A stretch of DNA of 64,000 bases from Dicyema japonicum (GCA_011109175.1 RDEW01000005.1:1174657-1238656); one strand, 5' to 3'. Positions 14,474-28,989 are shown, numbered from the stretch's first letter. The notes: generated by a model not told the origin, from the letters alone. Made by a program: numbers and translations.

Positions 14474-14795
14474 TGGTGTGGCGCATGTGGTGTTGTGTGG
14501 CTAATTGGTTTAAGTTTTATGTTTGTTTGTCTGTTTCTTCTGTCTCTTCCTTCTAGAGTGGCGTCGTGTGATCTACCTGTCCAGGTGGCGCCCAGTGCCT
14601 GACCGGCACGAAAAAGGATCATTTACTCTCCCCCATTCCACTGAAGAGGTTTCCACAACTGCAAGTATGGACATCTTTTTCCTTTTATGTTGATTCCGGA
14701 TGGACTTTGTTTCTGTAGAAGTGGAAACTGGATAAACTTAATTAGTTGTTTACTTTAACTTCTTTCTCAGTGTATCTAGGGTTAATAAATTAAAA
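14474..14795 (+). mobile_element. Non-autonomous family A (~310 bp), copy 1
   Basis: Colinear with 39065-39387(-) and 51748-52045(+). Confidence 0.85.
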
Positions 14796-14814
14796 ATTAA
14801 TTAAAAAATTAATT

Positions 14815-14985
14815 CCCTGTCCAGTTGGGTCGCCGTGGAAACTTTAGGAATCATAAGAAACTGGTCATTGAACTTACTAAACATAATTGAACCGCGAAGA
14901 GAAAGGAGCTGGTTCATTGAGAGCATTTCCTTGCAAATCGTTAGGGGAAATGCGTTCTCAATTCTGAGAGCAGCCAGTGATTAAC
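14815..14985 (+). mobile_element. CRE-like element, extreme 3' fragment
   Basis: Translates to VAVETLGI...ERSWFIESISLQIVRGNAFSIL, like the C-terminus of ORF 25542..26264. Confidence 0.65.
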
Positions 14986-16164
14986 TGTTTTTGTTAATAA
15001 ATTTATTTTTTTAGTCAAACACTATGTAGGCACAATAGGAAGATTATGCACAATAAAAAGCTAAAAAGGTATGATGTAGGCAACAACTATACATATCTAG
15101 AGGTGTTTTAAACAGACCCCTCTCGAGCCGCAGAACTGTTCTCGTCTCGCTTCCTATTCGTTGATTCTCTCTTATAAAAAATCTGAAGCAATAAAGTTAA
15201 ATTCTTAATGTTTCAACTCTTTTTTGTCATCAATAATGACATTTATGATCTAGTCGACTCAATTCGAACCAATAAATTTGTCCATATCTGAGAGAGATAA
15301 TCATGTTAATAATTTTGTCCTTATCTTTTGAAAACAGCTGAATAGTTGAACCTGTTTTCATTGCGGAAGAGGAGGGATATATTCCATAGGTGGTTCAATA
15401 ATGTCTTTCTTCATGAGCATAAATTACATCCCAAGCATTTCCTAGTGGTCTAAAGTAAATAGCATTTTAAATTCTCCATAAATGTGATCTATAAAAAAAG
15501 TTTTGAGGCGGACAAGTTTTGAGGCAAACAGACAATATAAAATTCCTATAACAATGTCCTGAATATTTTACATTTTTTCAAGATTTAATAAGGACACACA
15601 AAACCTATGTTGAACATTCATATTTGATAAAGATTCTAAACATTGACGATCCATATTCTTTTTGTTGTCCAAAAGAGGTACCTTTAGAACATGATTTTTG
15701 TATATTCTTGGGAGAATGTGAGTATCCATTATTTTTGAAGATTTGAAAGATGAGGTTGCTTCGAAATGAAAGTGAGGAATGTTTGGAAAGTGTAAATTTA
15801 TTGTGAGATAGTCACATTTGTGTGTTTTGATGTAATTATAGAAAAACTTAAGGATAATAAAATTACTCCAAAGACCAAAGGTAAAACCAAGCTAATTACT
15901 TGATCCTGACAACAGGACCTTCAACCAAGAACATTATTCGGAAGACTTTGGAGTTGTATTCGATTCCAGAACTCTTCGCCAGGACACAAAATTTTGAAAA
16001 TAATAGTTGGATCATTTTTAATGCTGGCCAGGCACTGTGTGTCTCCTGAGTAAGGTGAATCCAATGACGCCATCAGAGGGAAGGAATAAAAAATTTCAAC
16101 AAATTTGCTACATATCACCAGACTGTGCTACGCGGCTTGCACGTTAGAATGGTACTTTATGAAA

Positions 16165-18990
16165 TGAAAAAATTTCAAGACCACGGTACACCAAACTAAC
16201 TAATCACGTGATCCTGGCACGCTCCGAGACTTCATTTTGGCACGATGTTCCTCCCTTGAGCCAACGTAAGTACGCGTCGGCTCTATAACTTCTTCCTCAC
16301 AGTCGCAACGACAAGTTCCTCGGTTTTTTTGTATTAAGGATTCCAGAAGCATTTTGACTGGGACTTTCGAAAAGTCCATCGCTTCGTAATCATAGAAGCC
16401 CTTTTTAGCTTCGATTTTCATGGAATTTGTCCAAGAGATAAACGGACCCCAGGAAACACACGCATATGAAATGGATGGTTCGAAGTACTGCTTGTAGATA
16501 CAGTTCAAGACTGGATGGTTTCCTGCCTTCCATATTCCTGAGATGCTTTCAGAACGTTAGCCTTTTTTTCGCATTTGATGATCAAGTTTTCGACATGTTG
16601 TGAGAAACACATGTGCAAGTAGAATGTGACTCCTATAATTTTCTGGCATTATGAACTTTTAGCTCCACCGTCCGTCAGGTTAATCTTTTATCGGAAGTGA
16701 ATAATGTAGTGACTGATTATTGTTATTACCCCCAGGATCACTGGGTCAAAGATAAAGAAATAAAAGTTCTCATCTAACAAAGTGATCCCAGACCGACAAA
16801 AGAGAGGACGAGTCCAGAGGGGTCGAGAATCCTGAACAGCTCTTTAAGAGTTTTCGTTGCAACTCGATTAAGAAATTTTCAATGGGTTGGATTTTGTGTT
16901 CTGGTCCAATTAACCTTATTGCAGTCTCCTCAATTGTGGATGGTTTCAATGAGGAGGATCGTGAAATCTGCATTGCCACGAAGGACTTGCTACGTCATTG
17001 TTGGTCGGATAAATAAATCGTGGCAAGGCCACCAGTTTGGTCTCTAAGTGTTTTTGAGAGCACTTTTAAAATTCTCATTTTCTTCAGAGAAGTTACTTTG
17101 TTCTCAACAAGTCGTATAAAGGTGAGTCCCTGATCAAAGGTGACTCCCAGAATCTTCTGTGTTTTGTTAATAGGAATAGCCTCGTTCTTTATAAAGATTT
17201 TCGGTTCGATACAGAGCTGTCTTTTGTAATTAGTAAAAAGCGTGACAGAGGACTTTTTTGCTGATGTGTCGAGTCTCCGCATCGAGAGCCATAGTTCCAC
17301 CTTGTCAATTTGAGCGGACTGAGTCGGTGATTGAAAGCTTTTTGCTTGGAGGCAAGAATGATATCGTCTGCATAGGAGAGGATTAGACAGTTTTTATTAC
17401 AGGTTTGGATTCCATTTGGGAAGTAGCGAGATCTTTATTTGATGTTGTTGCAGAGTCCTTGTGCTCGTCTTCCATTTAAGAAGTTTCCAAGCCAAAGTTT
17501 CAAGTTCAGATGGATGTTGTTTCAAATATCTTCTTCGTGAGGAGTTTCCTAGAGACTGAGTCGAACGCTTTTGTGATGTCCACGGATATAAGTACTATCC
17601 TTCGATGGAGTTTGGGAGAGTTAAATCTTTCCGCAATGTGAGGGTTGTGAGGTGTGTTGTGGTCGAATGGTTACCCCGGAATCCGTGCTGGGTCGAAGGT
17701 ATTGAATCTTGTACTTTTTCCAGAACAAGCCTTTCAAGGATCCTTGAGACCGAACTCAGAATAGATATTGGGCGGTAAGAAGATGGTTCATCTATTGGTT
17801 TGTTGGGTTTTCGAATAGGTTTGATTAGAGACTTCTTCCATATTTCAGGGATTTTATTCGTGTTAATGGATAGGTTAAATATATAGGCTAATAGTTCCAG
17901 GGCTCGATGGCCTAGGTGCTTCAGTTCACATGTGGTTATGTTGTCCTTGTCCTTTGGCCTCTGAGTTGTTGGCTTTGGATATGGTTCTGCGGACATCCTG
18001 ACTAGTAAATAGGATCCATTCATTGGAGCATTTCGGTTCAATCTTGTCAGAAATACTTGGTGTTCTTTTGAAAACTACTTGTAGAAGATAGACGTGTATA
18101 TTTTATCAGAGTGTCTGGTTTTATGTAGACTTCGACTTTTCTCTCTGGGGAGGATCTTTTGATGTTCTTGGTCAACTTCCACACTCTCTGCATTTGAGGG
18201 TTTTGCAGAGAGCCTTTGATACTCTCGTCCATCTATTTGCATTTTCTGCCTTTATGTTATTGTCGATCTCTCTGTTCAGTTCTCGTATTTTCCTGATGTT
18301 CTCTTCTGTTGGCAATTTTACCACCTTTAGATTATTTCGTTCTCTGATCAGATGTTTCGTCGTTTTGCTGAAACGTTTTGATGACGTAGTTGTCTCCCAT
18401 AGGAATGTACTTCTCTTTCGCAGCGTTTATGGTGGAGTTGAACTATTTCACTAATTGTTCTACGGAGGGAGAAGTGGGGAAATTTAATAGTCAATGAAAT
18501 TGGCATAGTGGTTAGGTGTCGGGCAAAAATGGCTTAGGTTACGGGTTCGATTCTCGCTGCTGTTCACCTGGTGGAAGGACGTTGTCCTTTTATCCGTGAC
18601 CTCGTTTTGACTTCCAAAAATATTGGATTGTGGTCACTCTTGGTGTCATATTTCACTGACCAGTCAATAAGAGGGGCCAAGGACGGTGATGACAGTGAGA
18701 TGTCAATAGAAGAAGGTTTATAGTTGGTCGAGTATGTGTTCTTGTATGGGATGCAGGATCGTTGAGTATACATAGGCTTTGGAGGTCCTCAATTATCATC
18801 TTCCCCCTTTTGTTTTAGGTTTGTCCTGTCAGCCACAGTGGGTGCTTCGCATTGAAGTCACCACAAATAATCACATCCTTCAGTGAGAGTAGTCAGTCTG
18901 GGAGCACTGGAAGAGCAGGAACTCAAAGGTGGAAGATATGCGCTGACTAATATTATTGATAGTCTTGGGAATCGTACTGATTTCTCCGGG
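16165..18990 (-). mobile_element. Ingi/Vingi-like LINE fragments (APE, RT, 3' end); probably composite
   Basis: ICGDFNAKHP, SIDISLSS...SDHNPI, SYRPISIL, QHGFRGNHSTT, KILGVTFD, YKQYFEPSISY; 3' stem-loop at 16175-16215. Confidence 0.8.
18501..18566 (+). repeat. tRNA-derived SINE-type head with Pol III A and B boxes
   Basis: TGGCATAGTGG...GGTTCGATTCTC; no complete cloverleaf; resembles 60053-60090. Confidence 0.6.
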
Positions 18991-19076
18991 AAAAGGAATA
19001 AATAATGATAATAATTTATTAAACTTTAATATTTCAAAACTCAAAAATAAATAAAAATAAATTCAAATATAATAAT

Positions 19077-19603
19077 ATGAATTCCAACCCAAAAAGTAGA
19101 AAATTTAAAGTAAGAAAATATATTTTAAATTATTTAGGAAAAACAAAGCAAACACAATTTTTGGGAAAGAAAAAGAAGACTCAGAATAAAAACGAACTAT
19201 CAAAAGCTAAAAAAAGCGATTCCAAACTCTCCAGTTGTGGTTTGTTGATTTAAGTGAGTGTAGCGTTCTACTACAGACGTTTTGATAGAAGCATACAAAT
19301 ATATTGTAGATATTTCTGAAATTACAAAAAAGATGGAAGACTTCATTAATGTTTGCTGTGACAAAATTAGATTCTTTCAATATCAAAGTTTTGTTGAATT
19401 AACCACTAGTTGCACTTATCTATTCAGGTCAAATTTTCAGTTTAAACACACGACTTGAAAAATTATGTCTCCATGAACTGATCCAAGTATACGATCAATT
19501 AAAACCAAAATCCACAGTTTATGACAACTTCACATCGGAATCGCATATCTCTACTTTTGAAAAATACAACAATTTTCGTTATATTTCAGAATATTTAAAT
19601 TAG
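19077..19603 (+). CDS. Group-B bHLH transcription factor (Myc/Max/Mnt/USF-like basic region); introns 19110-19137, 19240-19263, probably 19388-19409
   Basis: Spliced: MNSNPKSRKFK-EKQSKHNFWERKRRLRIKTNYQKLKKAIPNSPVV-RSTTDVLIEAYKYI...; H-x3-E-x3-R motif; absent from the ORF track. Confidence 0.8.
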
Positions 19604-19939
19604 TTTAAAATAACTTTTTTAGTTAATATAATTTTTTTCAAATATTTAAAAAATGAGATTAGTGGATATGAAAGTAAGAGACTAACATTGTGTATGTATG
19701 GTTTACGTGTTTAATAATGAGTGTTCATTCATTTTTTGTTAAATTGTACTTGCACTTGACATTAAATAAATTCTTTAAATTCCGAAAATCATTTAACATT
19801 TCAACTAATTCAATATAAGATTGTTCTCAAGATTTTTATCTTGAAAATAACTACATTTCTCATTGACATATTAAGTGTTCTACTTTTAGTTACAAATAAA
19901 GGTCAGTAAACCTGAATAATCATTTTCTCCTTAATAATA

Positions 19940-20275
19940 ATTGGGAATCATAACGTCGAGTAGACAATGACGAATCTCTACAAGCAGTACACTGAGTCTT
20001 GAATTTCTTACGCATGCGTTTCATGGAATTCATTCATTTCCTGAAAAAAAGGTCATAAAGCCAGGTATTCAAAGTTACGATGGACTTCAGGAAAGATATC
20101 CCCCTCAACTACTCTGGAATTTCTAATCCGTAAAGTCAAGGCCGTGTTTGTTTAGCTATAGACATCCGGTTATACATGTCCTTTTGTTGGCTCGAAAGAT
20201 GAGCATTGAGCCAAGATGTGGTCTCTGTTGGACCGTGAGTAGTTAGTTTGGTACCGCTGTATTTGAAATATTTAT
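19940..20275 (+). mobile_element. Ingi/Vingi-like LINE, 3' fragment
   Basis: MTNLYKQY..ISYACVSW; decayed tail gtagttagtttggtaccg. Confidence 0.65.
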
Positions 20276-20559
20276 TTTCTTTTTACTTCAAAATGTGAGC
20301 AAATGAACTTTTTAGTAAACAAAGATAACATTAACTACCAAAAAATAGTTGGTATTACTGCGGACTATATGTCTGTCAACTAATTATGAGGTTTGACTAA
20401 TACAGATGGGAAAAACCTATAAATTTTTATTAACAATTATTAGGAGATTATATTGAGGGTATCTTTACTAGATTGAGGTTTGATAACTTTATATGTGATC
20501 TCTCTCCTTTATAAATGAGATGTTCAATCCTCTTAAAATATAATTTTTGTAGAGCACTC

Positions 20560-22070
20560 AAATTAAATCAGAGTTGGAAAATGCAAATGGAACCCGTAAC
20601 TTTTCTCCAGAACACATTTGTCATATACACTCTAACCTATTTATAAAACATTACGCTGAAATCAGCTTCAAAACATTCTCTAAACATCTGGATATCAAAG
20701 TACGTGCTCATAAACGCAAGAAGAAACCTTACCAAGAACTATTCTTAGACAAGCAGGTCTCAGATTATCGCCGGATTAAAGAACTCACAAGCCTGTGGCG
20801 CTGACAAAGTATCTTCGATTCACCTAAAACACCTAAGCAAATACGCAATTGGCTGCCTCACGTAAATATTGAACCTGTCTATCACTATAATATTATTCCC
20901 AAGATTTGGATAAACTCTGTTACAAAACGAGTTTTGAAGCCCGGAAACCGAGGGGAGAACCTGCTCCATACAGGCCAATCTCCCTAACCAGCACATTATC
21001 AAAACTTTTTGAAAAACTGGTATAGCCACCATTATTCCAGACCTCCCTCGAGCGGCTTTCAACACGGTTTTCGTCCTGAAGGTCCACCCATTTAACCGCA
21101 CTATCTGAATTCATAGCCGATGGATTTAATGCAACCCCACCACACATGCGAATTACAATGGTCTCTATAGACATAAACATGGCTTTCGAAACTGTTTCGA
21201 GGAAGCTTCTTATTAGAAAGATTTTTGATTGAAAGTTCGTCAAAACCTAAAACTGTGGTTGCCGAACTTTCTCTCTGGGCAAAGTGAAATAATTGTCTGC
21301 GGTCAATTTACATAAAGATCACGATTACTGCATAACGAAGAACCCCAAGGTTCTCCGCTTTCTTCGACCCTTTTCAATCTTTTACTCCGATTATCGATTT
21401 CTTCAAAAAAATCAATGTGCACTCTTTTCACCTTAGGCTTTCGTTCAAAAAAACGATTCAAGAATTTTCATTGGTCCTGTCCAGATACCAGTAACAAAGT
21501 ATCCCTCAATTAACAAGTAACAAGGTCTCCCTCAATTCTTGAATTAATGTTCGACAAGCTGTTGAATTTCAACTCACATGAAAAGAAAGTCCTCACTAAA
21601 TGCATGCAGAAGTTGAATGTTGTACGCGCGAGGACTCTTTTGAAATTGAATGCTTCTGTTGCAGCACTCTATCGGTAAACTTTCGTGTGGAGTATGCCTC
21701 TGTTGCGTAGAGATTCTCGTTATCAGAGACTACGTTTAACAGAATCATTTCAATATACCGAAAAACTATTCATATGATGGGCCCTCATTATAGATCAATG
21801 GTTAATCCCCTACTCACGAAAGCTACGACTAGTAGTCGCGGTTCTGAATTCCTTCGCGTCTGTAACGTGGATGGAAACCCGCTTGGCCCGTTCTTTTCCA
21901 AGGCAAAAGAAAGTAAATTAGTTAGGATGTTCTCCTCTACAAGCGGATTCCTCTGCAGGGATGAGAGAAAGCTATTTCACATGGTAGTGGGAACTATGGA
22001 AGACCACTGATATTAGATGGCTCAGTTGATTTCGGGAACTAGGGTAACCTATCTTCTTCAACCTAACCGT
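20560..22070 (+). mobile_element. APE-type LINE, RT and C-terminal fragment (same family as 28990-29735)
   Basis: Frameshifted SIQANL/YRPISL-type region, QHGFRP, SIDINMAFETV, ILELMFD. Confidence 0.75.
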
Positions 22071-22149
22071 CTGACGATTTTTCTGTCTTTCTTTCTCGCT
22101 GATCCCGGAGATCTATACAAATAATTTTTAAGTTATAGAAAAAATTTCC

Positions 22150-22560
22150 CTACTAATAAGCTTACAAAGTAATGTTCCAGGCTTATCTGTTCTTAGCCAG
22201 ATCCCTCAGTGTGTTCAGATCGTCGCCAGATGCCAAATTTTTTCTTTACGGCTTTCAGATCGTTTTTTAAAACGACCGGGAAGGTTGTTCTCGATCGTCC
22301 ACGAAAGCGTTTTACATGGGAGAAGTGGTAATCTTCCATGACGATATTCGAAGGTGATGTCGGTCCAACCTCAGGACGTGTCCAATAAGTTTCCAACGAG
22401 AGCTAATGATCTCGAGACTTATTGGTCTACAGTCAACTTATTGTACAGTCCTTTCCGCGAGATCTTGGATGGCCACGACATTCCAGTTATGTTTATTAAA
22501 TGATTCCTGTGAAACGAGTATAGCCTCTCCAATTCCTCTTTTGAGGTGCCCGCTGTGATA
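22150..22560 (-). mobile_element. RTE 3' fragment abutting the actin-2 3' UTR
   Basis: SFHRNHL...WPSKIS; RFRGRSRTT. Confidence 0.7.
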
Positions 22561-22639
22561 ATAGAAAAATAAAATTCCAATTTATTAGTAAGAAAATAGA
22601 GTCCCAATTAAAATAGTCCAATTAAGAAATGATGATTTG

Positions 22640-23956
<1,317 letters not shown>

Positions 23957-25529
23957 TTATTAATTTTTATTCCCTTGTTAATTGATGATCAGTCAAAGGA
24001 AGGTGGTCTCTCTTGGACTCCGTGTAAACAGTTTCTATTTTATTCAATGTGATGGTTTTTACTATTGGATTTTACAATTTATGTGTATTATGATTCTCTT
24101 ATCATTAAGAATAATTAATTCAATTTCTTTTTCACTAAACTGACGGTTTTTACTAAATTTCCTTCACATAGACCAGACGGGATTCAAAATCTGATGTTGG
24201 TACATCCGATACTTTTTATTAGAGAAATTTCACATGCATGATCTCTTCTCTATTAAGTAGGTTATACCCATTTCAAAGAGAATAAATCAAGTCTACTATA
24301 CCAAGTATACGAAGGACTATATTTCCCTACCAATTAACAATTGAATGAAAATAATAAACATTTATCAAGAAAAGAGTAAATAAGTGATTTTCTTGATTAT
24401 TCTGATAAACCTATGTAATCAAATTATTCAAAAATGTGACTTCAAAGATTTTTGTAACATAATCTTTGATGAATAATCCATTTATCAGGTAAGTTTTAAT
24501 AAGTACAAGTTTTCAAAAAATAGTTTTTAAGGGGATCACATGCCCGTAAAGAAAACTGCCAACGTTTATACCAAACAAATCAAACCTATCTCACTAACCT
24601 ATTAACTACCGTATAGTTAGTCTGGTAGTGGCTATGGAAAACGAACAATTTTATTTCAATCGTTGTTGTGGGGTGAAAATTTTCATCAAATTATTATCGA
24701 TATTTAGGAAAAAGATAGAATCTGATTCTTTAATAATTTTAATTAAAAGTTTTGAGATCTATAGGATCATCATTCTTCATCACATTTGATTGATTTGCCA
24801 GCCTGATCTAAGCGCTTATGGTCCCCGAGTACATATGAGGCAGTTAGAAAAACATCAACCACTTTCTATCTCCTGATGACACGAGGGGATCGTATATGAG
24901 ATTGGAACGGCTGGATTCATGTTGAACGCCTCTTGTCTTTCTATAAGTTTGTTCACTTCCGATAGATCCTAATGTAATTTAGGAGATTATCTGTATAAAG
25001 CAGTTGTTTAAGTGCGGCCGAAAGAGCAACTGGACAATGCCAAATAGAATTTGCATAAGCAGGTTTGGAAAATTGCACACAGCTCAGATAAATCAGTGGT
25101 TTGTTTACATATCGATATAATGAATTATTTATTCCATAATTAGGGGATTCGTAATGATAAATTTATATTATTATAGAGTCTGATGTGCTATAGTTCTATA
25201 GTGGTGATGGAGTCTGGGACCTTGGATTTCTAGTTGCGGCACATTTAGATTGCTTGTCTGATTTCACGCCAGATAAATCTAGTCATGATTTTTTCGGTTT
25301 AATCCTCTTTGATAGATTTGTAGTCCTTCGATAAATTTTTGTTGGATATAGAGGATAATATTTCATTAAGAGAATGAGAACTTGGATAGGTTCCCCCAAC
25401 GTTTCACGCCTTTGATGTATTTTCAAAATTTTCTCCTTTAGTATAAATTCTGAAAATATCAGCATTATCCGCTTATTACCTTTTAAATCATTTTTTTATT
25501 TTTTTTAACTATATTTTATTATAAATAGG

Positions 25530-27035
25530 AAACATGAGTAGTTAATTACTGAGTCCAGCGGATATGATCGAGTGGCTGTTATCTCTGACTACTGCCAGGG
25601 ATATCCTTTGGAAAAGCCACTCGGTTTCCCGACGCTCCCTCGAGGCTTTGGTCAATAGACACCCAAGTGCTCTAAGGAAAGAGACCGTCTTGGGGCCAAA
25701 GACTCCGCTCGTCTCGACGACCACTGGCTGTACATGGAAACGGTTTAGGAGGCTGCTGTATTTCTTTATTTTTGAGTTTTCATATAAACGGGAGGCCTCT
25801 CCCGCTTTCATTGCCGACCTCAAAAATTTCGACTGGGAAAAGCTGTCAGTACAGGCAGCATCCCAAATTAAGCATTTGCCCCGAGAGAAGGGGAAGACAG
25901 TAATTCCATCGGGTCGCTTCCCACCATCCCTACTCAAGCCCGTTGGCTCTAGAATGGATGGGTATCCCGCCAACTCGAGGGCGCGCTTCACCGCTTCATT
26001 TATAGCCTTGTGTCTAGCGAATCGACCTGCGCTTTTTCGACAAGAAAGGGCATGATGTCCATAGCAGTCGACCTTCCGGCCGCATCGGCACTCATTGGGT
26101 TGACAAACTTTCAATCCAAGTCTGATGGAGACTCCGGTGCGGACCGTTTCATCGTCTAGGTGAGTTCCCACGTTTCCAATGGGTAGGGCATTGATCCAAG
26201 CCCCGCTCCACTCGCATCTTGCAGTTAAAAGACAGGCTCGTCGATGTTGGTTAGATATTTTCAAAAGCCTCTCGTATTTATCCTCGCAGACAGACTCATA
26301 AAGGTCTCTCTGCCCGGTTGTTTGACTTTAGGGTGTACCAAATCTTCGATCTTTGACGACTCTGATGGGAGGGAGAATCATATGATCAAATTCTGATTGG
26401 AGTCCAATGAGGATTGATATGCCGGGTGTGCTAAATCAGATGGTGAGAGAATTCCGAGTCCACCAAAGCGAACGGGCAAGGTTGCTTGTTCCCATCCTTG
26501 TTCGTCGAATTCGACATTAGTAATACGTTCGGTCGTAGACCGGAATAAGGAGTCAATCGCCCCGAGTTGTTGCATTTTCAGGTAACATGGAGCTCCTCGA
26601 AGTACTTAATTTAATTTCTGCGTGGATAAAGCGTTTTTCATGAGAAAAAGAGAAATATGTGCATCCAGCATCCCAAGGCGTAAAAAAGTTTTTCTTAGTT
26701 GCTGTTCTTTAGCCATCAGAGTGTCGTTAATTCCAGTTTCAGCCAGAAGGCATCCAAGTATTTCCAAATGATCCGGCTCGATTTCCGATATTTTAGGAAT
26801 AATCCCCGAAACATTAATAGGATCCGATTCCATTCATATCGGGAGAATCCATAATTAACAATTTCGCATTTGGATGCGTTTAGCTTTAAACCAAGCGTAT
26901 CCAATTGGGTTAGTAATCTCTGTAGACAGTCATATACATTGTTAGGATGACCTCCCAGGGTGCAATCATCCAAATACCACACGTTCAGCGGAGTAGTAAG
27001 GCATCTCATGACACGGTCGACACCGAGGCAGAACA
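25530..27035 (-). mobile_element. CRE-clade RLE non-LTR retrotransposon, 5'-truncated
   Basis: WYLDD (RT), LPVRFGGLG, CRCG..GHHALSC..RFARH, KRPDG..IWDAACTD endonuclease. Confidence 0.85.
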
Positions 27036-27303
27036 ATGATTCTCCAGCTCCCATCAGAGTCGTCAAAGATCGAAGATTTGGTACACCCTAAAGTCAAACA
27101 ACCCGGGCAGAGAGACCTTTATGAGTCTGTCTGCGAGGATAAATACGAGAGGCTTTTGAAAATATCTAACCAACATCGACGAGCCTGTCTTTTAACTGCA
27201 AGATGCGAGTGGAGCGGGGCTTGGATCAATGCCCTACCCATTGGAAACGTGGGAACTCACCTAGACGATGAAACGGTCCGCACCGGAGTCTCCATCAGAC
27301 TTG
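27036..27303 (+). repeat. Inverted duplicate of about 26118-26383 of the same CRE element
   Basis: Reverse-complement near-identity; ORF 27036..27329 repeats KISNQHRRACLL...GVSIRL. Confidence 0.9.
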
Positions 27304-28129
27304 AATCATTTTTTTATTTTTATGTTTAAAAGAAGAAAGAATTCTATCCATTGTGGTGAATAATATCTTTGAGATAATCTTGACCGTAGCCTTTCCAATT
27401 ACCGAGGGTGTAGTTGATTAAGGTTAAATTAAAGAATATCGAGTTAAGGTCTCTCGTCATATATTCGACGAACCAGATTATTAGTGGAGCCAAAATGAAG
27501 ATTTTATAGAAACGGACGATGGTTTATCATTCTTCCTAGTTAAGGTTCTTGTCTGAGGGGTCTGATTGTTCATAATGTAAAAAATTATCCAGATCTACTC
27601 TTACCAAATTCCCTTCTTATGATCTTGTGGATCAACGAGAATATTAAAATCTGATTGTACTCTTGGGTGTGATAAGAAAATTAATTCTAAGAAATGTTGA
27701 CAAACGTGAACTTATAGAAGAAATATGTAGTGTGAGATAGAGTAGAAGGGAAATGGATTTTCGTAGTCAGGAGTGCATGTCATCATTATCCGGGAGGTGG
27801 TTGTAGTAATATCCTCATAGTGAATTCCCTTACGTCAATTGGTTCGATTCAACATTTCTAGTCGATCTTGTTCGGAGGATAGGAAGATTGTGGGTATTTT
27901 TTTCAAATATCATCACAACAGTGAGACGTATGACATTTTAAGACGAATTTTTGAATGAATTTTTTAATTAGTCAGTTGCCCGACCTTATTTAGTTCAGCT
28001 TATCGTTCAGGTCTACATTATCATAAAAATATATTTACCCTTATCCCAATGATTAGAAAGTGACGCTAATGGGCGGTAACCCTAAATTATTGGCACCGCC
28101 GAGAACACATAAAAAACAAAAAATCAATT

Positions 28130-28380
28130 AAGGTTCCTTTGTGCTGCGCCAGCCACCTTTTGTCTTTTCGCAAGTTATCTTAGTTCATCGAGATCGTCGG
28201 CCGTTTTTAGTTTTCTGCCGACGCCTTTAAGTCTTCATTTAACTCAGATGGTAGAATTGTCCTGGGCCTTTCTGGGAATAATCTTCCTTGTCCCATGAAA
28301 TATTCCTTCATGACACGATTTGCTGATACATCCAATTCTATCCTCAAAATGTGACCGAACAGTCTCCATTTCACTATTTC
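28130..28380 (-). mobile_element. RTE 3' fragment
   Basis: WRLFGHILR...ERPRTIL. Confidence 0.7.
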
Positions 28381-28618
28381 CAAAAAATGCCAAAACTGAT
28401 CCCTCAAATTTAATAAATTTCTTAAGAAACTGGATCTGAGGCTCTTACGGTTTGGCTATTCCCTTTTAAGACAACGAGATTCTCTCAAATAACCTCAGAA
28501 AGATCTCAATTAAAAGCGAAAGGTTTAATAAATTTAAAGCCCAAATATTAAAACCATAAATCTTATTGTAATCTTATAATCGGGTTTACAGTGACATTAT
28601 AAAACAGTACAAATCAAA

Positions 28619-28896
28619 CTAATTATTAGTCAATTTCCTTCTAAACAGTAAAACATGTGGTTCTACGTGTTATTATAAAACAAACCAGGTTTATAAATCA
28701 TGTAATGTTCCCAGCCAAAACTTTGCTTTACTCCAAGAGATCGCCATTCGGATTCTGTTAAAAGGCGCTTTTTTGAAATTTTAGAAACCAAATTCTGTGG
28801 TAAGATTACATGACTGTTAATTATAATAAAAATAAACCGATATTCGTATATGTCATCATAATATTTGTCTGAGTAGTAAAAGTCATCTTCTTCCAT
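28619..28896 (-). CDS. CKS1: Cyclin-dependent kinase regulatory subunit; two introns (24 and 23 nt)
   Basis: YYSDKYYDDIYEYR|HVILP...LLTESEWRSLGVKQSFGWEHYMIYKP|EPHVLLFRRKLTNN*. Confidence 0.95.
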
Positions 28897-28989
28897 TAAG
28901 ACACACTACGACTATGGCTATTTAAATTATAATTTATATTAAAATACAAATATTATATTTTACTTTTTAATAATTTCATATAAAACGTC

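Noticed and set aside
14584-14598. TGGCGCCCAG, a PBS-like motif inside family A
   Set aside because: The match is short, not preceded by an LTR end, and altered in copy 2
18501-18566. Possible tRNA gene
   Set aside because: A and B boxes are present, but there is no acceptor or anticodon stem pairing
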